35,657 bases of DNA from the IMG/VR virus record IMGVR_UViG_2534681762_000014; one strand, given 5' to 3'. Made by a program: the position numbers and the translations under genes. Origin of the DNA: a virus. Taxonomy: Duplodnaviria > Heunggongvirae > Uroviricota > Caudoviricetes. Below, piece after piece: positions 27,263-35,657 of this stretch. The first letter of the stretch is position 1; each line of letters starts with the position of its first letter. Below the pieces are notes generated by a model. The model did no database searches and had not been told where the DNA came from. It worked only from the letters and a program-made list of their open reading frames with translations.

Positions 27263-27856
27263 ATGCTTATTGGCTATGTCCGCGTATCAACAAATGACCA
27301 GAATACGGAATTGCAGCGTAACGCGCTGGAGTGTGCAGGATGTGAGCTGATTTTTGAGGACAAAATCAGCGGCACGAAGTCCGACTGGCCGGGACTGAAA
27401 AAACTGCTCAGGACATTATCGGAGGGGGATACACTGGTAGTCTGGAAGCTGGACCGGCTGGGGCGTAGTATGCGGCATCTGGTCATTCTGGTTGAGGAGC
27501 TGCGCGAACGCGGCATTAATTTTCGCAGCCTGACGGATGCCATTGATACCAGCACGCCAATGGGGCGTTTTTTCTTTCATGTGATGGGTGCCCTGGCTGA
27601 AATGGAACGAGAACTCATTGTCGAGCGGACTCGCACCGGACTGGAAGCGGCCAGAGCTAAAGGTCGTATTGGTGGCAGACGTCCGAAGCTCACCGCGAGT
27701 GAGTGGGAACAGGCAGGACGGTTGCTGGCTGCGGGTGAATCACGTCAACGCGTGGTGCTGATTTTTGATATTGGCCTGTCCACGCTCTATAAAAAATTCC
27801 CCTCATCAGCGGCAAAGAATAAATTGTGTCATCCCTTAGCCAACCGGGACAAATAG
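27263..27856 (+). CDS. Serine recombinase, Din-family DNA invertase (Pin/Gin/Cin/Hin-like), 197 aa
   Basis: N-terminal catalytic domain with the active-site Ser in MLIGYVRVSTNDQ, the SMRHL and GRFFFHVMGALAEMERE blocks, and a C-terminal HTH; sits immediately outside the right inverted repeat. Confidence 0.9.
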   Translation: MLIGYVRVSTNDQNTELQRNALECAGCELIFEDKISGTKSDWPGLKKLLRTLSEGDTLVVWKLDRLGRSMRHLVILVEELRERGINFRSLTDAIDTSTPMGRFFFHVMGALAEMERELIVERTRTGLEAARAKGRIGGRRPKLTASEWEQAGRLLAAGESRQRVVLIFDIGLSTLYKKFPSSAAKNKLCHPLANRDK

Positions 27857-27915
27857 CCTGACATCTCCGGCACAACTGAAAATATCACTCACCCATTAAC
27901 CACGGAGTTAAACGG

Positions 27916-29106
27916 ATGAGTGACTATCATCACGGCGTGCAGGTGCTGGAGATTAACGACGGCACCCGTGTCATTTCCACCGTATCCACTGCCATTGTTG
28001 GCATGGTCTGCACGGCCAGCGATGCGGATGCGGAAACCTTCCCCCTCAATAAACCGGTGCTGATTACCAATGTGCAGAGTGCAATTGCAAAGGCCGGTAA
28101 AAAAGGCACGCTGGCGGCATCGTTGCAGGCTATCGCCGACCAGTCAAAACCGGTCACCGTTGTCGTGCGTGTGGAAGACGGCACCGGCGACGACGAGGAA
28201 ACAAAACTCGCGCAGACCGTTTCCAATATCATCGGCACCACCGACGAAAACGGTCAGTACACCGGACTGAAAGCCCTGCTGGCGGCGGAGTCGGTAACTG
28301 GTGTTAAACCGCGTATTCTCGGCGTGCCGGGACTGGACACCAAAGAGGTGGCTGTTGCACTGGCATCCGTCTGTCAGAAGCTGCGCGCTTTCGGATATAT
28401 CAGCGCATGGGGCTGTAAGACCATTTCCGAGGTGAAAGCCTACCGCCAGAATTTCAGCCAGCGTGAGCTGATGGTCATCTGGCCGGATTTCCTCGCATGG
28501 GATACGGTCACCAGTACCACCGCCACCGCGTATGCCACCGCCCGTGCGCTGGGTCTGCGCGCTAAAATCGACCAGGAGCAGGGCTGGCATAAAACGCTGT
28601 CCAACGTCGGGGTAAACGGTGTTACCGGCATCAGCGCATCTGTGTTCTGGGATTTGCAGGAGTCCGGCACCGATGCTGACCTGCTTAACGAGTCAGGCGT
28701 CACTACGCTGATTCGCCGCGACGGTTTCCGATTCTGGGGTAACCGTACCTGCTCTGATGACCCGCTGTTCCTCTTTGAAAACTACACCCGCACCGCGCAG
28801 GTGCTGGCCGACACGATGGCTGAGGCGCACATGTGGGCGGTGGACAAGCCCATCACTGCAACGCTGATTCGCGACATCGTTGACGGCATCAATGCCAAAT
28901 TCCGTGAGCTGAAAACAAACGGCTATATCGTGGATGCGACCTGCTGGTTCAGCGAAGAATCCAACGATGCGGAAACCCTCAAGGCCGGAAAACTGTATAT
29001 CGACTACGACTATACCCCGGTGCCTCCTCTTGAAAACCTGACCCTGCGCCAGCGTATTACCGATAAATACCTGGCAAATCTGGTCACCTCGGTTAACAGC
29101 AATTAA
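27916..29106 (+). CDS. FI: Contractile tail sheath protein
   Basis: 396 aa, P2 FI size and position. Confidence 0.85.
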   Translation: MSDYHHGVQVLEINDGTRVISTVSTAIVGMVCTASDADAETFPLNKPVLITNVQSAIAKAGKKGTLAASLQAIADQSKPVTVVVRVEDGTGDDEETKLAQTVSNIIGTTDENGQYTGLKALLAAESVTGVKPRILGVPGLDTKEVAVALASVCQKLRAFGYISAWGCKTISEVKAYRQNFSQRELMVIWPDFLAWDTVTSTTATAYATARALGLRAKIDQEQGWHKTLSNVGVNGVTGISASVFWDLQESGTDADLLNESGVTTLIRRDGFRFWGNRTCSDDPLFLFENYTRTAQVLADTMAEAHMWAVDKPITATLIRDIVDGINAKFRELKTNGYIVDATCWFSEESNDAETLKAGKLYIDYDYTPVPPLENLTLRQRITDKYLANLVTSVNSN

Positions 29107-29118
29107 GGAGCCTGACCG

Positions 29119-29637
29119 ATGGCAATGCCGCGCAAACTCAAGTTAATGAACGTCTTTCTGAACGGCTACAGCTATCAGGGCGTTGCAAAGTCCGTCACGC
29201 TGCCAAAACTGACCCGTAAGCTCGAAAACTATCGCGGTGCGGGGATGAACGGCAGCGCACCGGTAGATCTCGGCCTTGATGACGATGCGCTGTCAATGGA
29301 GTGGTCGCTCGGGGGCTTCCCGGATTCGGTTATCTGGGAGCTTTACGCCGCAACCGGTGTGGATGCCGTACCGATTCGTTTTGCAGGCTCTTACCAGCGC
29401 GACGATACCGGCGAAACGGTGGCCGTCGAAGTGGTCATGCGTGGACGTCAGAAAGAAATCGACACCGGCGAGGGTAAACAGGGAGAAGACACCGAGTCGA
29501 AAATCTCCGTGGTCTGCACCTATTTCCGGCTGACGATGGACGGTAAGGAGCTGGTCGAAATCGACACCATCAACATGATTGAGAAGGTGAACGGCGTCGA
29601 CCGGCTGGAGCAACACCGCCGCAATATCGGCCTGTGA
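29119..29637 (+). CDS. FII: Tail tube protein
   Basis: 172 aa, P2 FII size and position. Confidence 0.85.
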   Translation: MAMPRKLKLMNVFLNGYSYQGVAKSVTLPKLTRKLENYRGAGMNGSAPVDLGLDDDALSMEWSLGGFPDSVIWELYAATGVDAVPIRFAGSYQRDDTGETVAVEVVMRGRQKEIDTGEGKQGEDTESKISVVCTYFRLTMDGKELVEIDTINMIEKVNGVDRLEQHRRNIGL

Positions 29638-29693
29638 TTTTCATCCGGTCAGCCTGGCTGACCGGTTAACCCCGATTCAGAAGTGAGAAAACC

Positions 29694-29969
29694 ATGAACA
29701 AAGAAAATGTGATTACCCTGGACAATCCGGTCAAGCGTGGTGAGCAGGTTATCGAACAGGTCACGCTGATGAAACCTAATGCCGGGACGCTGCGTGGTGT
29801 CAGTCTGGCTGCGGTCGCAAACTCCGAAGTCGATGCACTGATTAAGGTGCTGCCGCGCATGACGGCACCGATGCTGACCGAGCAGGAGGTCGCCGCGCTG
29901 GAACTGCCTGACCTTGTGGCGCTGGCCGGTAAGGTGGTCGGTTTTTTGTCTCCGAACTCGGTGCAGTGA
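29694..29969 (+). CDS. E: Tail assembly chaperone E
   Basis: 91 aa; ends just after the slippery site. Confidence 0.8.
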   Translation: MNKENVITLDNPVKRGEQVIEQVTLMKPNAGTLRGVSLAAVANSEVDALIKVLPRMTAPMLTEQEVAALELPDLVALAGKVVGFLSPNSVQ

Positions 29970-30121
29970 CGTTTCCGAAAAATCTGTCGGTCGATGACCT
30001 GATGGCAGATGTGGCAGTGATATTTCACTGGCCGCCATCAGAACTGTATCCCATGAGCCTGACCGAACTCATCACATGGCGCGAAAAGGCGCTCCGGCGA
30101 AGCGGAAACACGAATGAGTAA
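29694..30121 (+). CDS. E': E+E' extended tail chaperone made by programmed -1 frameshift (slip near 29940-29946)
   Basis: Slippery heptamer G GTT TTT TG; the -1 frame from 29945 is open to TAA at 30119-30121 and overlaps the T start; conserved T6G frameshift of P2-like phages. Confidence 0.65.
29940..29946 (+). promoter_or_regulatory. Programmed -1 ribosomal frameshift site (GTTTTTTG slippery run)
   Basis: T6G run at the end of E with an open -1 frame downstream. Confidence 0.6.
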
Positions 30122-32561
30122 CAATGTAAAATTACAGGTATTGCTCAGGGCTGTTGACCAGGCATCCCGCCCGTTTAAATCCATCCGTACAGCGAGCAAA
30201 TCGCTGTCGGGGGATATCCGGGAAACACAAAAATCACTGCGCGAGCTGAACGGTCAGGCATCCCGTATTGAGGGATTTCGCAAGACCAGTGCACAGCTCG
30301 CCGTGACTGGTCATGCACTTGAAAAGACTCGGCAGGAAGCCGAAGCCCTTGCCACACAGTTTAAAAACACCGAACGTCCGACCCGTGCTCAGGCGAAAGT
30401 GCTGGAATCCGCAAAGCGTGCGGCGGAGGACTTACAGGCGAAATATAACCGCCTGACGGATTCCGTTAAACGCCAGCAGCGGGAACTGGCCGCTGTGGGA
30501 ATTAATATCCGCAATCTTGCACATGATGAGCAGGGACTGAAAAACCGTATCAGTGAAACCACCGCACAGCTTAACCGGCAGCGTGACGCGCTGGCGCGTG
30601 TCAGTGCACAACAGGCAAAACTTAACGCAGTAAAACAGCGTTATCAGGCCGGAAAGGAACTGGCCGGAAATATGGCCTCAGTGGGCGCTGCCGGTGTGGG
30701 GATTGCGGCGGCGGGAACGATGGCCGGAGTTAAGCTGCTGATGCCCGGTTATGAGTTTGCGCAGAAAAACTCAGAATTGCAGGCCGTGCTCGGTGTGGCA
30801 AAAGACTCCGCCGAAATGGCTGCACTACGCAAGCAGGCGCGCCAGCTCGGTGACAATACCGCCGCCTCAGCGGATGATGCGGCCGGTGCGCAGATTATCA
30901 TTGCGAAAGCGGGTGGAGATGCTGCGGCTATTCAGGCGGCAACGCCGGTCACGCTGAATATGGCGCTGGCGAATCAGCGGTCGATGGAAGAAAACGCGCA
31001 ACTGTTGCTGGGGACTAAGGCATCCTTTCAACTGTCAAATGATGATGTCAGCCATGTGGGCGACGTGTTGTCGGCAACGATGAATAAGTCGGCGGCTGAT
31101 TTTCAGGGACTCAGTGATGCACTGACTTACCTCGGGCCGGTTGCGAGGACGGCAGGTGTAAGTCTTGAGCAGGCAGCGGCCATGACAGGTGTGCTGCATG
31201 ACAATAACATCAGGGGGTCAATGGCGGGTACGGGTAGCAGTGCCGTTGTCACCCGATTACAGGCACCGACTGGAAAAGCATGGGATGCACTCAAAGAGCT
31301 TGGCGTTAAAACCTCGGACAAAAAGGGAAATATGCGTCCGTTGTTCACCATTCTGAAAGAGATTCAGGCCAGCTTTGATAAACACAAGCTGGGAACGTCT
31401 CAGAAGGGGGAATACCTTAAAACCATTTTTGGTGAGGAAGCCCTGAAATCAGCGAACGTTTTACTGGCAGCGGCTGCAAGCGGAAAGCTGGATAAGCTGA
31501 CCGCCATGCTGAAAGCCTCGGACGGTAAAACGGAAGAGCTGGTTAAAATCATGCAGGATAACCTCGGCGGTGACTTTAAGGAGTTTCAGTCCGCTTATGA
31601 GGCGGTGGGGACAGACCTGTTTGACCAGCAGGAAGGCGCACTGCGTAAGCTCACTCAGACGGCCACAAAGTATGTGTTAAAACTCGACGGCTGGATCCAG
31701 AAAAACAAATCACTGGCGTCAACCATCGGCCTCATTGTCGGTGGCGCGCTGGCGCTTATTGGCATCATCGGTGCCATTGGTCTTGTAGCCTGGCCGGTTA
31801 TCACCGGCATCAATGCCATTATCGCGGCAGCAGGCGCAATGGGGGCAATCTTCACGACGGTTGGCAGTGCTGTTATGACGGCCATCGGGGCGATTAGCTG
31901 GCCGGTTGTGGCCGTGGTGGCTGCAATTGTCGCCGGGGCGTTACTTATCCGTAAATACTGGGAGCCTGTCAGCGCATTCTTTGGCGGTGTGGTTGAAGGG
32001 CTGAAAGCGGCATTTGCGCCGGTGGGGGAGCTGTTCACGCCACTGAAACCGGTGTTTGACTGGCTGGGCGAAAAGTTACAGGCCGCGTGGCAGTGGTTTA
32101 AAAAACTGATTGTCCCGGTCAAAGCCACCCAGGACACCCTGAACCGTTGCCGTGATACTGGCGTCATGTTCGGGCAGGCACTGGCTGACGCGCTGATGCT
32201 GCCGCTTAATGCGTTCAACAAACTGCGCAGCGGTATTGACTGGGTACTGGAAAAACTCGGTGTTATCAACAAAGAGTCAGATACACTTGACCAGACCGCC
32301 GCCAGAACTCAAGCCGCCACGTATGGCAGCGGTGGTTATATTCCGGCGACCAGCTCTTATGCAGGTTATCAGGCTTATCAGCCGGTCACGGCACCGGCTG
32401 GCCGCTCTTATGTGGACCAGAGTAAAAACGAATATCACATCAGCCTGACGGGTGGTACTGCGCCGGGGACACAGCTCGACCGCCAGTTACAGGATGCGCT
32501 CGAAAAATACGAGCGGGATAAACGTGCGCGCGCCCGTGCCAGCATGATGCATGACGGTTAA
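30114..32561 (+). CDS. T: Tail tape-measure protein
   Basis: 815 aa; coiled-coil N-terminal part and Gly/Ala-rich hydrophobic segment; P2 gpT size. Confidence 0.85.
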   Translation: MSNNVKLQVLLRAVDQASRPFKSIRTASKSLSGDIRETQKSLRELNGQASRIEGFRKTSAQLAVTGHALEKTRQEAEALATQFKNTERPTRAQAKVLESAKRAAEDLQAKYNRLTDSVKRQQRELAAVGINIRNLAHDEQGLKNRISETTAQLNRQRDALARVSAQQAKLNAVKQRYQAGKELAGNMASVGAAGVGIAAAGTMAGVKLLMPGYEFAQKNSELQAVLGVAKDSAEMAALRKQARQLGDNTAASADDAAGAQIIIAKAGGDAAAIQAATPVTLNMALANQRSMEENAQLLLGTKASFQLSNDDVSHVGDVLSATMNKSAADFQGLSDALTYLGPVARTAGVSLEQAAAMTGVLHDNNIRGSMAGTGSSAVVTRLQAPTGKAWDALKELGVKTSDKKGNMRPLFTILKEIQASFDKHKLGTSQKGEYLKTIFGEEALKSANVLLAAAASGKLDKLTAMLKASDGKTEELVKIMQDNLGGDFKEFQSAYEAVGTDLFDQQEGALRKLTQTATKYVLKLDGWIQKNKSLASTIGLIVGGALALIGIIGAIGLVAWPVITGINAIIAAAGAMGAIFTTVGSAVMTAIGAISWPVVAVVAAIVAGALLIRKYWEPVSAFFGGVVEGLKAAFAPVGELFTPLKPVFDWLGEKLQAAWQWFKKLIVPVKATQDTLNRCRDTGVMFGQALADALMLPLNAFNKLRSGIDWVLEKLGVINKESDTLDQTAARTQAATYGSGGYIPATSSYAGYQAYQPVTAPAGRSYVDQSKNEYHISLTGGTAPGTQLDRQLQDALEKYERDKRARARASMMHDG

Positions 32562-32575
32562 GGAGGTGACGAAAA

Positions 32576-33055
32576 ATGATGCTCGCGTTAGGTATGTTTG
32601 TTTTTATGCGCCAGACGCTGCCACACCAGACCATGCAGCGTGAATCGGATTATCGCTGGCCGTCAAATTCCCGTATCGGTAAACGGGATGCCTACCAGTT
32701 TCTCGGTGTGGGTGAGGAAAACATTACGCTGGCCGGTGTGCTTTATCCCGAACTGACCGGCGGAAAGCTGACGATGACCACGCTCAGGCTGATGGCAGAT
32801 GAAGGCCGGGCGTGGCCGTTGCTGGATGGCACTGGCATGATTTATGGCATGTATGTCATCAGCAGGGTGAGTGAAACAGGGAGTATTTTCTTTGCAGACG
32901 GCACACCCCGGAAAATTGATTTTACGCTGTCGCTCACCCGCGTTGATGAATCACTGGCCGCGCTTTATGGCGATATCGGTAAACAGGCGGAATCGCTCAT
33001 CGGTAAGGCTGGCAGTATGGCGACCAGATTCACGGGTATGACGGGGGCGGGATAA
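32576..33055 (+). CDS. U: Tail protein U
   Basis: 159 aa, P2 gpU size and position. Confidence 0.8.
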   Translation: MMLALGMFVFMRQTLPHQTMQRESDYRWPSNSRIGKRDAYQFLGVGEENITLAGVLYPELTGGKLTMTTLRLMADEGRAWPLLDGTGMIYGMYVISRVSETGSIFFADGTPRKIDFTLSLTRVDESLAALYGDIGKQAESLIGKAGSMATRFTGMTGAG

Positions 33056-34218
33056 TGCTGGATGCGCTGACATTTGATGCAGGCAGTACGCTGACGCCGG
33101 ATTATATGCTGATGCTCGACAGCCGGGATATTACCGGCAATATCAGCGACCGTCTGATGAGCATGACCCTGACGGATAACCGGGGCTTTGAGGCTGACCA
33201 GCTTGATATTGAACTGAATGATGCCGACGGGCAGGTCGGGCTGCCGGTTCGTGGCGCTGTCCTGACGGTGTATATCGGCTGGAAAGGTTTTGCCCTGGTA
33301 TGCAAGGGGAAATTCACCGTTGATGAGGTTGAACACCGGGGCGCACCGGATGTGGTCACCATCCGCGCCCGGAGTGCAGATTTTCGCGGGACACTCAATT
33401 CCCGCCGGGAAGGCTCCTGGCATGACACCACGCTCGGTGCGATTGTTGAGGCGATTGCCTCCCGTAACAGGCTGGAAGCCAGTGTCGCTCCGTCACTGGC
33501 CGGAATTAAAATCCCGCACATCGATCAGTCGCAGGAGTCTGATGCGAAATTCCTGACCCGTCTAGCAGAACGCAACGGCGGTGAGGTGTCGGTAAAAATG
33601 GGAAAACTGTTGTTTCTCAAAGCGGGGCAGGGGGTGACGGCCAGCGGTAAAAAAATCCCGCAGATTACCATCACCCGCAGCGACGGCGACCGTCATCATT
33701 TTGCGATTGCTGACCGTGGAGCCTACACCGGCGTAACGGCAAAGTGGTTACACACCAAAGACCCGAAGCCACAAAAGCAGAAGGTAAAACTGAAACGCAA
33801 AAAGAAAGAGAAACACCTGCGCGCACTGGAGCACCCGAAAGCGAAACCGGTCACGCAGAAGAAAGCGCCAAAAGTACCGGAAGCGCGCGAAGGTGAATAC
33901 ATGGCCGGTGAGGCTGACAATGTTTTTGCCCTGACCACGGTATATGCCACGAAAGCGCAGGCCATGCGCGCCGCTCAGGCGAAGTGGGACAAACTGCAAC
34001 GGGGCGTCGCGGAGTTCTCCATCAGTCTGGCTACCGGTCGGGCAGATATTTACACGGAAACGCCGGTCAAAGTGTCAGGCTTTAAGCGCGTCATAGACGA
34101 GCAGGACTGGACAATCACTAAGGTGACACACTTTCTGAATAATAGCGGCTTCACGACGTCCTTGGAGCTTGAGGTCAGGCTTTCTGATGTGGAGTACGAA
34201 ACAGAAGGTGATGAGTAA
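33055..34218 (+). CDS. D: Tail protein D (late control gene D)
   Basis: 387 aa; start overlaps the U stop. Confidence 0.8.
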   Translation: MLDALTFDAGSTLTPDYMLMLDSRDITGNISDRLMSMTLTDNRGFEADQLDIELNDADGQVGLPVRGAVLTVYIGWKGFALVCKGKFTVDEVEHRGAPDVVTIRARSADFRGTLNSRREGSWHDTTLGAIVEAIASRNRLEASVAPSLAGIKIPHIDQSQESDAKFLTRLAERNGGEVSVKMGKLLFLKAGQGVTASGKKIPQITITRSDGDRHHFAIADRGAYTGVTAKWLHTKDPKPQKQKVKLKRKKKEKHLRALEHPKAKPVTQKKAPKVPEAREGEYMAGEADNVFALTTVYATKAQAMRAAQAKWDKLQRGVAEFSISLATGRADIYTETPVKVSGFKRVIDEQDWTITKVTHFLNNSGFTTSLELEVRLSDVEYETEGDE

Positions 34219-34299
34219 TGTTTTGTTTTTATCTGTTTGTTTTATAAGGATAAATTAACTAAAATGGCACCATCAACAAAACCGGAAGAGGTGCTCGCG

Positions 34300-34518
34300 A
34301 TGTTTCATTGTCCTTTATGCCAGCATGCCGCACATGCGCGTACAAGCCGCTATATCACTGACACGACAAAAGAGCGTTATCACCAGTGTCAGAACGTGAA
34401 TTGCAGCGCCACGTTCATCACTTATGAGTCGGTACAGCGATACATCGTGAAGCCGGGAGAAGTCCACGCCGTAAGGCCGCACCCATTGCCGTCAGGGCAG
34501 CAAATTATGTGGATGTAA
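34300..34518 (+). CDS. ogr: Late-gene transcription activator Ogr (zinc finger), 72 aa
   Basis: MFHCPLCQHAAHARTSRY... with CxxC...C...C spacing; last phage gene before the right junction. Confidence 0.85.
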   Translation: MFHCPLCQHAAHARTSRYITDTTKERYHQCQNVNCSATFITYESVQRYIVKPGEVHAVRPHPLPSGQQIMWM

Positions 34519-34528
34519 TCACAAAAAT

Positions 34529-34556
34529 AGCCCCTCAGTTGAGGGGCTTTATTTAT
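34529..34556 (+). terminator. Rho-independent terminator after ogr
   Basis: Stem AGCCCCTC/GAGGGGCT with 4-nt loop, then a T-rich tract. Confidence 0.65.
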
Positions 34557-34646
34557 GGTCGATGTGGACGCTATGTGGACGGTGGTTGATATAAATCCAT
34601 TTATATCATCAGGTTAGGTGCTTTTTTGTGACACCATCCCTGTCTT

Positions 34647-34673
34647 CCCCCACATGATGTGGGGGTTTTTTTT
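34647..34673 (+). terminator. Strong Rho-independent terminator (C5ACA-loop-TGTG5 followed by T8), probably host-derived
   Basis: 8-bp GC-rich stem with an 8-T run; lies between the prophage end and fieF. Confidence 0.7.
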
Positions 34674-34754
34674 ATCCTCAATTTGCCTGCTGCTTAATGC
34701 ATTGCAGATGATTTGCTTCCGTTATACTAGCGTCAGTTGATAGCGGGAGTATTT

Positions 34755-35657
34755 ATGAATCAATCTTATGGACGGCTGGTCAGTCGGGCGGCGATTGCTG
34801 CGACGGCGATGGCTTCGCTGCTATTGCTGATTAAAATTTTTGCATGGTGGTATACCGGGTCGGTGAGTATTCTCGCCGCGCTGGTGGATTCGCTGGTGGA
34901 TATCGGCGCGTCGTTGACGAATTTACTGGTGGTGCGATATTCCCTGCAACCTGCCGACGATAATCACTCGTTTGGTCACGGTAAAGCTGAGTCCCTCGCG
35001 GCGCTGGCGCAAAGTATGTTTATCTCCGGTTCGGCACTATTCCTGTTTTTGACGGGTATTCAACATCTGGTATCTCCAACACCGATGACAGATCCAGGCG
35101 TCGGGGTTATCGTGACAATTGTGGCGCTAATTTGTACGATTATCCTTGTCTCGTTTCAGCGTTGGGTGGTGCGCCGGACGCAAAGCCAGGCGGTGAGGGC
35201 TGATATGCTACATTACCAGTCTGATGTTATGATGAACGGCGCAATTCTGCTGGCGCTGGGGTTGTCCTGGTACGGCTGGCATCGCGCCGATGCTCTGTTT
35301 GCATTGGGAATCGGCATCTATATTTTATATAGCGCGTTACGCATGGGATATGAGGCGGTACAGTCATTACTGGATCGCGCATTGCCTGATGAGGAACGGC
35401 AAGAAATTATTGATATCGTGACTTCCTGGCCGGGTGTTAGCGGCGCTCACGATCTTCGCACGCGGCAGTCAGGGCCGACCCGCTTTATTCAGATTCATTT
35501 GGAAATGGAAGACTCTCTGCCTTTGGTTCAGGCACATATGGTGGCGGATCAGGTAGAGCAGGCTATTTTACGGCGTTTTCCGGGATCGGATGTGATTATC
35601 CATCAGGACCCCTGTTCCGTCGTACCCAGGGAGGGTAAACGGTCTATGCTTTCATAA
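34755..35657 (+). CDS. fieF: Cation-diffusion-facilitator family Fe/Zn efflux transporter FieF (YiiP), 300 aa, host gene
   Basis: Translation recognised as E. coli FieF/YiiP ([38 protein letters not shown]...); complete, ends at the window edge. Confidence 0.9.
   Translation: MNQSYGRLVSRAAIAATAMASLLLLIKIFAWWYTGSVSILAALVDSLVDIGASLTNLLVVRYSLQPADDNHSFGHGKAESLAALAQSMFISGSALFLFLTGIQHLVSPTPMTDPGVGVIVTIVALICTIILVSFQRWVVRRTQSQAVRADMLHYQSDVMMNGAILLALGLSWYGWHRADALFALGIGIYILYSALRMGYEAVQSLLDRALPDEERQEIIDIVTSWPGVSGAHDLRTRQSGPTRFIQIHLEMEDSLPLVQAHMVADQVEQAILRRFPGSDVIIHQDPCSVVPREGKRSMLS

Noticed and set aside
31655-32272. 205-aa minus-strand ORF inside the tape-measure gene T
   Set aside because: Antisense to a well-supported long gene, Ala/Thr/Ser-rich low-complexity translation typical of the reverse frame of a GC-rich gene; no start context.
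1-35657. CRISPR arrays or rRNA genes
   Set aside because: No array of short regularly spaced direct repeats and no rRNA-like sequence seen anywhere in the window.

Overview
The window is almost entirely one P2-like (Peduovirus-type) prophage in an enterobacterial chromosome, running from the integrase stop codon at position 1 to ogr, with the host gene fieF (yiiP) on the right flank. Gene order and product sizes follow P2 closely: int, C, cox, B, orf80-83, A, a cargo hotspot, cos, then Q, P, O, N, M, L, X, Y, K, lysA/B/C, R, S, V, W, J, I, H, G(tfa), a second variable region, FI, FII, E/E', T, U, D, ogr. All calls rest on reading the six-frame translations for motifs and on remembered family features; no database search was run. 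The most interesting region is the hotspot between A and cos (about 5779-9060), where P2 carries tin/old. Here it holds an AT-rich two-gene operon: an ImmA/IrrE-type HExxH zinc metallopeptidase followed 3 bp later by a PIN-like putative nuclease. This is a candidate anti-phage or toxin-antitoxin-like module, and its second gene is cut by an IS10 insertion with a perfect 9-bp target duplication. The prophage carries two further IS insertions: an IS66-family element splitting the portal gene Q (8-bp duplication), and an IS200 inside a Din-family invertible tail-fibre segment. That segment also holds a non-canonical tRNA-like sequence next to the IS200 end and a frameshifted alternative fibre tip. 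The prophage is therefore probably defective for particle production while retaining its cargo loci.
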